Below are positions 18,647-27,889 of a DNA stretch of 64,000 nucleotides, piece after piece. The stretch spans positions 448,001 through 512,000 of the forward strand of contig CAWJJC010000020.1 of the NCBI GenBank assembly GCA_963843145.1, read 5' to 3'. The position numbers and the translations under genes are program-made. The notes beneath the pieces were generated by a model. That model did not search any database. It had not been told where the DNA came from and saw only the letters and a list, made by a program, of their open reading frames with translations. Every line of letters starts with the position of its first letter. The stretch's first letter is position 1. The DNA comes from an uncultured delta proteobacterium (GTDB lineage Bacteria > Desulfobacterota > RBG-13-43-22).

Positions 18647-20306
18647 TTATTTTCCCGCCTTGACCCACTCTTCCAGTTGCGTCTTCAAAACCTTCTTATC
18701 GACCTTGCCTGAATCCCCTACCGTCGGCAGGGCCGGGACCAATTCCAAACGTTCGGGCAGCTTATAGGCGGAAATCTTCTTCTCTTTCAAAAAGGCCTTC
18801 ATCTCTTCAAAGGTGAGGGTCTGCCCGGCCTTGGGAACCACGTAGGCGCAGGCCCGCTCCCCCATCTCCCGATCCGGGTAACCGACGACGGCCACACTGG
18901 CTACCGCCGGATGACCGTTCAGCAGACCTTCGATTTCCGCCGGGTAAATATTCTGGCCGCCGCGGATGATCATGTCCTTGGCCCGTCCCAGGATCCAAAG
19001 GCAGCCCTGGTCGAACTTAACGATGTCGCCGGTGGTGGTCCAGCCGTCTTGATCGAAAACCGTGGCCGTCAATTCCGGATCCCGGTAATAGCCGGCCGGG
19101 GCATGGGGGCCCCGGAACCAGAGGATCCCGGGTTCGCCGTCCGGAACCGGGTTGCCCTGTTCGTCCTTAAGGACCACCTTGTTGCCCGGAAGCATCCGGC
19201 CCACTGTCCGGCGACGCAGGTCCTTGGAGTCATCGACCGAACAACCGGACACGGAGCCCACGTCCTGGGTACCCAGGTCACTGGTAATGGCCGCCCCGAA
19301 GGCCTTTTCGGCCTCTTCCGCCACCTGGGGCGACAGGTAACCGCCGGCGGACCGGATGAACCGCAGGGAGCTCAAATCATATTTCGTGGTATCCGCCTCG
19401 AGCATCCGCACCAGGTGGGTCGGCACCACCCCGATGGCCGTGGCTTTTTCCTTTTCGATCAGGGCCAGGGCCGCCTCCGGGTTGAATTCTTCCAGCATCA
19501 CGGTTTTGGCCCCGGCCAGGGGGGCCGCAAAATAGGTCAGGGTCCCGGCGGCCCCGCCGGCATGGGGGGCGATGGCCATGGTGATATCGTCTTTGGTCAG
19601 CTTCCAGATAGCCACCCGGCCCTTGGAGGTACAGACCCGGGGGGCGATGGGCCACTCAACCAGCTTGGGCAGACCGGTGGTCCCGGTCGTACTGGTCAGC
19701 AGACCGATGTCCCACTTGGGGTTGAAGCGCCGAGCATTCAGCAGTGCCTTCGTCAATCGGTTTAGCCAGGGATTCCTCCGCCAGTTTGATCAGGGAATAG
19801 GTATTTTTCGGGGCCTCCGGGGGAACCGTCTCCTCAAAAAGAAAAATGTGCTTTAAAAACGGAAAACGGACCTGCAGTCCCTTATACATTTCCAGGTAAT
19901 TAAAATTGCGGTAGATATAACAGATGATCACCGCCTCGGCCTGGGTCTTTTCGACGAAGTGCTCCAACTCGCGCTCCCGCAGATAGGGGTAGACGGTCAG
20001 GGAAATGAGCCCGGCCCGTTCGCTGGCGACGCGGGCCAGAAAGCCATAGACGCTGTTAGGGGATTGAATAATGATCCGGGCATCCTTGGGGATGCCCATT
20101 TGGACAAAGTTCTGGGCGATCCCGTCAATCAGCCGTTTGGCCTGCTTCCAGGTGAGCCGGTATTTGGAATCCACCAGGGCTTCGCGGTCCCCGAATTCCC
20201 GCACATTGCGTTCGTAAAAATCATAAAAGGTTTCGTCGGTCCAGTACCCGTCGCGGGTGTATTCATCGACCATTTCCTGCGTGTAGCGTATGGGTTTCAC
20301 TATCAA
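18647..20306 (-). CDS. AMP-forming aryl-CoA ligase, probable 4-hydroxybenzoate-CoA ligase; frameshift at ~19748
   Basis: TSTTGTTGLPK P-loop, TGDI, GRAKDMIIRGG, KLPE, SGK. Removing one base from GAAGGCA fuses ORFs 19656-20306 and 18647-19756. Substrate inferred from context. Confidence 0.75.
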
Positions 20307-20420
20307 CCTCCGTTATGAATTAAAACGAATATCGATCACCGAATTCGTTTTTGTTTTCGTATTAAACCCCCATGCCCGGGGGGTACCCGCAAAGCATGAA
20401 GATGGATGATTAAACTAAAA

Positions 20421-20538
20421 GTCGTCATTCCGGCGGAAGCCCTTCGGCTTGCTCAGGGCCATGAGCTTTGTCGAATGGCCGGAATCCGGCAGTAAAGTTC
20501 TTGGGTCAACTGGATGCCGGATCAGGTCCGGCATGACG
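20421..20538. repeat. composite REP-like element (inverted copy at 47352-47470)
   Basis: Two head-to-head GTCAT(T/G)CCGG...CCGG.ATCC units; the first carries an inserted CTTCGGCTTGCTCAGGGCCATGAGCTTTGTCGAA element. Confidence 0.8.
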
Positions 20539-20833
20539 GCAAAAGCAGCTTCCTGGAAACGGTTATAGCTGGGTGCGGGAGGGGTTAACAGCTCGGCTGA
20601 ACCTTTCGGTGAACTCAAGGCCCTGAGCTCGTCGAAGGGCTCGCCGAAGTCCCCTCCCCTGCACTCGAACTAATAATCAACGTCTAATTAATAATTAGTA
20701 ATTGAGAATTGATTGTTGATCATTAATCACGGTCCTCCCCAGCCCCAAGGCTTTCCACTCCGACCCCCTTTCCTGGCAGGAAAGGGGGTCGGCCATGGCA
20801 AAACGAGGAAGAACTTGGCTGACGTTCAGGCCT

Positions 20834-22240
20834 CTAGAGGCCGAATTCCTTCCAGCGGCTTTCAACTTGCTTGACCATATCCGGGTCCAGCGCAATCGGG
20901 ATGGGTTTCTCCTTCCAGTCGTAGGGAATGGTGGCGTCCAAAAGCAACCGGCCGGTGATGTCCCGGGAATCGATGGGCAGCGATGGATCCAACGGCGTGG
21001 ATCGCCCGCGCTTGATAACCTGGCTGCGGTTGGGCTGGAAGCGAAAGCTCAGGGCGTACATGACCCGGGGAATGTCCCAGGCGTCGATGTCGTCGTCCAC
21101 CACGATGACGGTCTTGAGACCGTAGGCCCCCATTTCGGTGGAGATGGCCGCGGTCAGCACCTGATCGGCGTGGCCCGGGTACATCTGCTTCAGGGAAATA
21201 ATGGCCAGGAAGCGGCCCGATCCCTCGGGCGGACAATATACCGATTTAACCCCCGGAATCTTCATGGCAGTCAATTGTTGCCAGAGGGTCGACCCGTAAG
21301 ACAAGGCCATGGTCATGTGCGTATCGGTCACCGCCCGGCCAACCGTGGTCCCCCAGAGTATGGGGTTGTTCCGGAAAGTAACGCATTGGACGTCAATAAA
21401 ATTCCGGGGGTCCGTGCCCACCCCTGAATAGTAGCCGGTGTATTCCCCAAAGGGGCCTTCCGGCAAAAATTTTTCCGCATCCACCAATCCCTCGATGACG
21501 ATCTCGGCGTGGGCCGGGATGGGCAAGTCCACCGTCTCCCCCTTGACCACTTCAATGGGGGCCCCGGCGATGGCCCCGGCCACATCGTACTCGGAAACGA
21601 AGGCCGAGAGCCGGGCCGCGCCCAAGACAAACAGCAGCGGATCCCCGCCGATAACCGAGGCCACCGGCATGGGCTTTTTCAGGGCCTGGTATTTCTTGAG
21701 CATAATATCGGCATGTTTGCCCTTGATGAATTGGGTGCCGACCTTGTCCTTCTCCAGCAATTGGGAGCGGTAGGTCCCCAGGTTGATCCAGCCGGAGTCC
21801 GGATCCTTGGTGATGATGTAATGGGCCGTGCCGATAAAGCGCCCGCCGTCCTTGGGATACCATTTGGGCACCGGGAACTTGAAGAGATCGATATCGCTCC
21901 CCTTCATGATGTTTTCCTTGCAGGGGGCCTGGTCTCGTTCCACCCAGACCGGCGGGATCAGTTTATCGCCCACCTTGACCCATTGCTCCATGAGCCCCAC
22001 CAGGCTGGTTTCTCTGGGCATGCGCATGAGGATCGCTAACCGCTGAGTGGTGGTGCAGACGCTGGTCATGACCGGGCTGCTATAGCCCTTCACGTTTTCA
22101 AAGAGCAAGGCCGGACCAAGTTTTTCCTCATTCAGTTTGGCGATGTGAGATAACTCCAGGTTCCAATCCACTTCCGCCTTCACCCGATGCACTAATCCGT
22201 CGGGTTCCCCTATGGCAATAAAATCTCTCAGATCTTTCAT
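20834..22240 (-). CDS. ppcB: phenylphosphate carboxylase beta subunit (UbiD family)
   Basis: EVDWNLELSH, GPALLFE, EGPFGEYTGYY, KQMYPGH, IKRGRSTPLDP; closely follows Thauera PpcB motifs as recalled; downstream of ppsB. Confidence 0.88.
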   Translation of the reverse strand: MKDLRDFIAIGEPDGLVHRVKAEVDWNLELSHIAKLNEEKLGPALLFENVKGYSSPVMTSVCTTTQRLAILMRMPRETSLVGLMEQWVKVGDKLIPPVWVERDQAPCKENIMKGSDIDLFKFPVPKWYPKDGGRFIGTAHYIITKDPDSGWINLGTYRSQLLEKDKVGTQFIKGKHADIMLKKYQALKKPMPVASVIGGDPLLFVLGAARLSAFVSEYDVAGAIAGAPIEVVKGETVDLPIPAHAEIVIEGLVDAEKFLPEGPFGEYTGYYSGVGTDPRNFIDVQCVTFRNNPILWGTTVGRAVTDTHMTMALSYGSTLWQQLTAMKIPGVKSVYCPPEGSGRFLAIISLKQMYPGHADQVLTAAISTEMGAYGLKTVIVVDDDIDAWDIPRVMYALSFRFQPNRSQVIKRGRSTPLDPSLPIDSRDITGRLLLDATIPYDWKEKPIPIALDPDMVKQVESRWKEFGL

Positions 22241-22482
22241 AATTATTCTCCAGGCCTCCTTATTATTAGTGATTTATGATAATAGTACCCACGAAAGATC
22301 CCACTCCGCGGGGTTGTCGGTTTGAGCGAAGCCTGTCCTTTGGTGAGAGGCCAAAGGACGATAACGCCCCCCGGTTTTCCACCCTTCGAAAACCGCCGGC
22401 CGACTGGTCCGTCCCGGTCGTCCTCTCCCGGCCGAAACGGATCAGCCTCCGCTCAAAGATCCTTTCCCCCGCGGGGAATGGG

Positions 22483-23568
22483 CTAAAATTTCCTGCCCTG
22501 CATCAATCCGGCCACAATCTGTTCCATGGCCGTGGCCTTGGGCTTTACCACCGGCTCCACCTTTTTCTGGCTCCAGACCGTTTCTGGCCGGGCCTGAAGG
22601 ATGCGGACATTGCCGCCGGCCGGCAGGTCCTTATCCACGGCCCACTCAATATCCATCTGTTTGCCGTAATGGGCCTCGATCAACTTGCCGTACCGGGCCA
22701 GTTCCCTGATGTCTTTGTCGATGACCGATTGAACCTCCTTGCGTTCCTCTTCAACTTCCATCTCCACCAGTTGGTTGCGTTCGGGATTGGTAGTGAAATA
22801 CATTTCCTTGCGGGAAATGGTCCTCTTGAGGATCTCCAGGTTGATTTTATCCACCACGAACTGGTCGGGAGTTACCGACCCGCTGACCACTGACTCCCCC
22901 ACCCCCCAGTTGGCATCGATGACGATGACCGAAACGTCCCCGGAAGCCGGATTCAAGGTGAACATGACTCCGGCCGTAAAGGAGTTGACCATCTTCTGGA
23001 TGCCCACGCTGATCAGGACCTTCTCATGGTCAAAGCCCATCTTGATCCGATAGGTGATGGCCCGGGGGGTAAACAGGGAAGACCAACATAACCGGACCTT
23101 GTCGATGATTTCTTCCTGGGTGCGGACAAACAGGTAGGTCTCCTGCTGCCCGGCAAAGCTGGCCCCGGGCAGGTCCTCGGCCGTGGCGCTGGATCGAACG
23201 GCCACCGGCATCAGGGGCAGTTGCAGCTCCCGCCATAAATGGTTATAGCTATCCCCGATAGCCGTGGCGATCTCCTCCGGAATCGGGGTGCTTTCGATCA
23301 AGGCCCGGACAAATTGACTGGCGGACTCCACCCCGTCCATATCCTGCGGATCCAGACCCCGGAGCCGATCAAAAATCGGTTTCTTCAATCCCTGTTGGTT
23401 CAAATAGACGTCATAGGCTTCGGTGGTTATGGCATAACCGGGAGGGACCGGAATGCCAGCCCGGAGTAACTCCCCCAGACTGGCATTCTTCCCGCCCACC
23501 AAAGGCAAAAAGCTCAGGTCGCATTCTTCGAACCGTAAAATATAAGGGCTTTTTACTTCCTGACCCAT
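22483..23568 (-). CDS. ppsB: phenylphosphate synthase beta subunit (ATP-binding, PEP-synthase N-terminal-like)
   Basis: VGGKNASLGE, AVRSSATAEDLPGASFAGQQET, DIEWA, LQARPETVWS; stand-alone 361 aa. Confidence 0.9.
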   Translation of the reverse strand: MGQEVKSPYILRFEECDLSFLPLVGGKNASLGELLRAGIPVPPGYAITTEAYDVYLNQQGLKKPIFDRLRGLDPQDMDGVESASQFVRALIESTPIPEEIATAIGDSYNHLWRELQLPLMPVAVRSSATAEDLPGASFAGQQETYLFVRTQEEIIDKVRLCWSSLFTPRAITYRIKMGFDHEKVLISVGIQKMVNSFTAGVMFTLNPASGDVSVIVIDANWGVGESVVSGSVTPDQFVVDKINLEILKRTISRKEMYFTTNPERNQLVEMEVEEERKEVQSVIDKDIRELARYGKLIEAHYGKQMDIEWAVDKDLPAGGNVRILQARPETVWSQKKVEPVVKPKATAMEQIVAGLMQGRKF

Positions 23569-23571
23569 TCC

Positions 23572-25416
23572 TTACCTCCTGATGCTAATAACTCCCGTGC
23601 TGCCGTCCACCTTGATATAATCCCCGGTCTTGATCGCCTGGGTGCCGAGACCGGTGCCGACGATAGCCGGCACACCGTATTCCCGGCAAACAATGGCCGC
23701 GTGACACATGACCCCGCCCACGTCGGTGACGCAGGCCTTGATCTTCTGAAAGGCCGGGGCCCAACTGGGCGAGGTGGTGGGGGCCACGAGGATCTCGCCT
23801 TCCTGCAGTTGGTTGATTTCGGTCACGCTGCGGCAGACCCGGGCCGGCCCTTCCACCTGTCCGGGAGAGCCGGGGAAGCCCTTGAGTTCGGTCAGGGTGC
23901 TCAGATCGCCCACCTCTTTGGCCTTGGCCCAGTTGGTCATGCTCTCCGAGGTGACCCCCCAGAGAACGATGGTAAAGGGCTCGGTGATGGACTCCGGGGC
24001 GATCCCCAGGGCCGGCGGCGCGGTCCACTGCCGGAACTTATCCATGACCCCTTTGCGCCAGGTGATCTCCTTAGGCCAATAGAGCGGTCCGCGGGCCTTG
24101 GTGCCCGTGGCCCAACCGGTGACCAGATCCCAGAGGGCGTCCTTGATCTCGCTGCGCGAGAGGTACCAGATATCTTCCACGTCCTTGATAAAGCCGTGGT
24201 TGACCATAATGCCGGAAATCTTGCGCATCTGTTTCCAGAAGATGCTGTGGAACCAGTGCTCCACATAAAAGAGGTGGTTTTCCACGTAAGGAAAAACCGT
24301 TTTGGAAGTGCCCAGAAGCTGGTCGAAGGTAGCCCGGTCCTCATCGGTTTTCAGGAGCTTGCGGTATTCGGTGGTGATCTTGTCCCGTTCTTCCCGAACA
24401 TCGGCCAAGGGCCGTTCAATGGTGCCGCCCTTTTTCAGGGTGCCAATATAGATGCGGATCGAATCCAGCGGGATGTTGAGGTCATCCAGCCAGCAGGAGT
24501 CGTGGTGGTACCAACCGGTCCCGGTGGAGATGTAGAACCAGGGGTCTTTGGCCTTATCGAAGGCTGCCGTCCACTTCTTCCCCGCTTCTGTGGCCTGCAG
24601 TTTGGGCCAGAGCTGGTCGATCGTTCCGCCGTCCAGGATGGCATCGCCCAAACCCAGCTCCATGGCCAGCTTGGCCAATTTTTTCAGTTCCTCGTCGGGC
24701 TGGTACATGATGACGTCCACCCCGGAGACCATCTGGGTGACGCGCTGGATAGGAATATCCGGAAAGGCCTTCTGGCAGAAATCCAAAAAGACTACGTAGG
24801 CGGCATAACCGAGGTTTAAGAACTCAAAGTGATATTGCCAGGCCAGGATACCCAGGTCGATCAAATCGTCGTATTTTTTCAAGAGTTTATATCCGCTGCT
24901 GATTCCCAGACCTTCCAGTACCACCGACTCCTCCTCCATTTCCGGCAAATCGGAAATTTCGATAGCCGCTACCCTTTCAATCACCTCCCGCATCTTCTTT
25001 TCCCAATTATCATGGAGGCGATCCCAATTCTGGTAATAATAGCCGGCCCGCTTCATGAAGAGTTCGACCCGGGCGGGGATCGTACTCGGATCGGCCACCG
25101 GGACGGGGGTAATGTAGATATTGCCGTTTACGATGCGGTGATCGACTCCCAGGGCCGGCGGGACGATGAAAACCCGGGTATTATTCTGCGACAGGGCTAA
25201 GAACCAGGCCTCATCCCAGATGATGTCAAAGGGATACATCGGCTCGGGATAATGAAGGGCATCGTTAAACCAGAACATGCTTTTCTCATAGGCCTTTCGC
25301 TCCGGATCGTCGGTGGTAAACAGATAATGATAGGGATACATGCGTTCCCAGCCTTCCGTGCCGGGGATGGTGGGGATTTCATGGGGGTCAGGAAACTTCA
25401 TATTGGTTCCGGCCAT
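23572..25416 (-). CDS. ppsA: phenylphosphate synthase alpha subunit (His phosphocarrier)
   Basis: IPGTEGWERMYPYHY, WQYHFEFLNLGYAAY, FPYVENHLFYVEHWFHS, GGVMCHAAIVCREYG; ATG at 25416 with SD AAGGAG. Confidence 0.93.
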   Translation of the reverse strand: MAGTNMKFPDPHEIPTIPGTEGWERMYPYHYLFTTDDPERKAYEKSMFWFNDALHYPEPMYPFDIIWDEAWFLALSQNNTRVFIVPPALGVDHRIVNGNIYITPVPVADPSTIPARVELFMKRAGYYYQNWDRLHDNWEKKMREVIERVAAIEISDLPEMEEESVVLEGLGISSGYKLLKKYDDLIDLGILAWQYHFEFLNLGYAAYVVFLDFCQKAFPDIPIQRVTQMVSGVDVIMYQPDEELKKLAKLAMELGLGDAILDGGTIDQLWPKLQATEAGKKWTAAFDKAKDPWFYISTGTGWYHHDSCWLDDLNIPLDSIRIYIGTLKKGGTIERPLADVREERDKITTEYRKLLKTDEDRATFDQLLGTSKTVFPYVENHLFYVEHWFHSIFWKQMRKISGIMVNHGFIKDVEDIWYLSRSEIKDALWDLVTGWATGTKARGPLYWPKEITWRKGVMDKFRQWTAPPALGIAPESITEPFTIVLWGVTSESMTNWAKAKEVGDLSTLTELKGFPGSPGQVEGPARVCRSVTEINQLQEGEILVAPTTSPSWAPAFQKIKACVTDVGGVMCHAAIVCREYGVPAIVGTGLGTQAIKTGDYIKVDGSTGVISIRR

Positions 25417-25595
25417 CTTTGCTTCTCCTTTTTGGTGGTGGGTAAAAATTAAAAGCAAAATACCTCTCCCTAAACTAAAGAACTATGAAGAAAAAAAATC
25501 ACCTCCTTTTCGTGTTTTTCGGAGTCCCTCAGGGATTGCAATTTCAGCGTCGGGATGCTTGCGGATAGGCGCCAGGCCTCTGGGAGCTAGCTTAA

Positions 25596-25624
25596 AGGGT
25601 AAAAAAAAACCCGGGTCTTGTCAA
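25596..25624 (-). promoter_or_regulatory. sigma70-type promoter for the pps operon
   Basis: TTGACA (25624-25619), 17-nt spacer, TACCCT (25601-25596) on the minus strand. Confidence 0.6.
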
Positions 25625-25643
25625 GACAATTGATTTTATGATA

Positions 25644-25662
25644 CTATAAGAATTATTTATAG
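25644..25662. promoter_or_regulatory. LysR recognition site (T-N11-A dyad)
   Basis: CTATAA-GAATTAT-TTATAG, centred about 65 bp upstream of the predicted pps transcription start and just upstream of lysR. Confidence 0.65.
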
Positions 25663-25677
25663 CTAGGGCTCGCCCAT

Positions 25678-26583
25678 ATGAACCTTAACCAATTAAAATT
25701 ATTTTATATTTCAGGAAAAAGCCAGAGCTTCTCCGCCGCCGCCGAAGAACTCTATCTGACCCAGCCGGCAGTGACCATGCAGGTCCGGCAACTGGAAAAC
25801 TATTTTGGGGTACCCTTGTTTCATCGCCACGGAAAACGGATCGAGTTAACCGAGGCCGGCCGCCTCCTTTTCGGCTATGCCCGGAGAATCTTCGACCTGA
25901 CGGCAACCGCCGAAAGGGCCGTCTGGGAGTTGCGGGACCTGGAAAAGGGGACCCTAAAAATCGGCACCACCAAAACCTACGCCAAGCACCTCATGCCGGC
26001 CCTGATCTCCTCCTTTCGCGAACTGCACCCGGGCGTCCATGTCATCCTGGATGAGGGTAGCTCGGCGGAAATTGCCCGCAGCCTGCTGGTCCACAAGAAT
26101 GAGTTGGCCCTGATCGCCAAGGAATCCTATCCCCCGCCCTTAAAGGTGATTTCCTTTGCCCAGGAGGAACTGGTCCTGATCCTGGGACGCTATCACCCTT
26201 TAAGCAAGAGTCGCAAGCTGACCTTCCGGGATCTGGCCCGGGAGCCGCTGATCATCCGGGAAAGGGGCTCCGGCACCCGGGATATTATCCTGGATCATTT
26301 CCGGAAAGCCGGAATCAAACCCTCCATATTAACCGAAGCGGGAAATGTGGACTTCATCAAGGAACTGGTGGAAACCGGCAAGGGGATCTCCTTCGTGGTC
26401 CGCTCGGCGGTGGAAGAAGAACTGAAACGGGGCGCCCTTAAAACCCGGGCCCTGGCCGAGGGGCCTTTTTATTTAAATGTGGATATTGTTTACTTGAAAA
26501 ACCGCAGCCTCTCCCCCACGGCTCAGGCTTTTCTGGACCTGCTTTTGAAAAAAATCGGGGTCAGCGATGAAGCCCTGGCTTGA
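25678..26583 (+). CDS. LysR-family transcriptional regulator (CysL/CbbR-like)
   Basis: SFSAAAEELYLTQPAVTMQVRQLE HTH; RERGSGTR; divergent from ppsA. Confidence 0.93.
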   Translation: MNLNQLKLFYISGKSQSFSAAAEELYLTQPAVTMQVRQLENYFGVPLFHRHGKRIELTEAGRLLFGYARRIFDLTATAERAVWELRDLEKGTLKIGTTKTYAKHLMPALISSFRELHPGVHVILDEGSSAEIARSLLVHKNELALIAKESYPPPLKVISFAQEELVLILGRYHPLSKSRKLTFRDLAREPLIIRERGSGTRDIILDHFRKAGIKPSILTEAGNVDFIKELVETGKGISFVVRSAVEEELKRGALKTRALAEGPFYLNVDIVYLKNRSLSPTAQAFLDLLLKKIGVSDEALA

Positions 26584-26697
26584 ATCGGGTGGGGACCTGC
26601 CGGCCTATACCGGTTATTCCATTGACACCGATCTAATTTTAAAGTTAGAATCGGTATCGTCAATTCGGAGAGCTCCAAATCCAGTAAGAGGTGATTC

Positions 26698-27156
26698 ATG
26701 ACCCACATAAAAAAAATAGCCTATAGTACGGATTTTTCCGAGAATGCCGATCAGGCCTTTGAATTGGCCTTCGATCTGGCGAAAAAGTACGGGGCCCGGC
26801 TGTTTTTGGTCCATGTGGTCCCGCCCCTGGTCTTTCCTTCTCCTACCATGGAGGAATTCATTTCCGAACAGGCCAATTACCAGTTCATCGAACAGGTGAC
26901 CCAACGGTCCACCGAACAACTGGAAAGCCGTTATGTTGGGCGGATGGACGATTACCGCAATGTCGAGGTCCGGGTCCTCTCCGGCCACCCGGCCAGTGAA
27001 ATCCTGAACTTCATCGACCAGGAACAAGTGGACCTGGTGGTCATGGGCACCCATGGCTTTACCGGGCTGGCCCATTTCTTCCTGGGCAGTACCGCCGAAA
27101 AAGTGGTCCGTCGGGCCGGCTGTTCGGTTCTGACGGTTCATTCGCCCAGAGCCTGA
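26698..27156 (+). CDS. universal stress protein
   Basis: TDFS, DLVVMGTHG, LGSTAEKVVR. Confidence 0.93.
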   Translation: MTHIKKIAYSTDFSENADQAFELAFDLAKKYGARLFLVHVVPPLVFPSPTMEEFISEQANYQFIEQVTQRSTEQLESRYVGRMDDYRNVEVRVLSGHPASEILNFIDQEQVDLVVMGTHGFTGLAHFFLGSTAEKVVRRAGCSVLTVHSPRA

Positions 27157-27309
27157 TCGGCCTCCCGAGCCTGATAGGCCGGAAAAGTCCAACGCGCTTT
27201 TAATCGTCCACCGAACGGCGACCGAACCGAGTGGCGAATACCGTCCCCCTTTTCCGCTGGGTTCAACGCTGGTCAACGATCGGATGGCTGCCATGGAGAA
27301 AAGGCGAAA

Positions 27310-27867
27310 ATGGCCATTGAAAAAGAGGTAACCTGCCCCCACTGCTTGAAACCCTTCCAGGCTGTCCCGCGGATTTCATTGCTCGGCTTTCAAAAGTTCG
27401 CCTGTCCCCACTGTCGGAAACCCATCCTCTATCCGCTTTATTCCCGAACCTATTACTGGGTCATCTTTACTCTGCTCGGCCTGGTGGTGCTCTTGTCCCT
27501 GGCCGGGCTGTCGGAAACCGATTGGGGGGAGCAACTGTTGGCGGGAACCCTCTGGCTTTTCCTTTATTTATACAACCGCCGGTTTCTGCTGTTGATCCCC
27601 CTGGCCATCTGGGGAATTATCCGCCTGTTCGGGATACCCTATCCCCGGATGAAAGCGGTAGCCCGCCCCATTCTTTATTATCTGGGGCTCATCGCCCTGG
27701 TGGGTCTCGCGCTGGTTGTCCTGGGCGCCGTGGCCATCCTGATTGTCAGCGGCATCATCATTCCTCCGCTGATCGGGGCGCTGTTCTTGAGCGCCGTTTT
27801 TTCTTATGGCCTTTGGAAAGACGCCTCCCTCAAGAAAAAATTGAAGGGGATAGGGAAACCATTTTAA
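27310..27867 (+). CDS. hypothetical membrane protein with N-terminal Zn ribbon
   Basis: CPHC...CPHC followed by 4-5 hydrophobic segments. Confidence 0.65.
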   Translation: MAIEKEVTCPHCLKPFQAVPRISLLGFQKFACPHCRKPILYPLYSRTYYWVIFTLLGLVVLLSLAGLSETDWGEQLLAGTLWLFLYLYNRRFLLLIPLAIWGIIRLFGIPYPRMKAVARPILYYLGLIALVGLALVVLGAVAILIVSGIIIPPLIGALFLSAVFSYGLWKDASLKKKLKGIGKPF

Positions 27868-27889
27868 CTTCAATTTAAACGAGGCTTTT

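Noticed and set aside
20415-20618. Small ORFs sharing STKLMALSKPKGFRRNDDF (also 47331-47534)
   Set aside because: Translation of the composite DNA repeat, not a protein family.
22483-25416. Split or pseudogenised PEP synthase
   Set aside because: The two-gene layout and PpsA-specific N-terminal sequence next to a UbiD gene identify phenylphosphate synthase.
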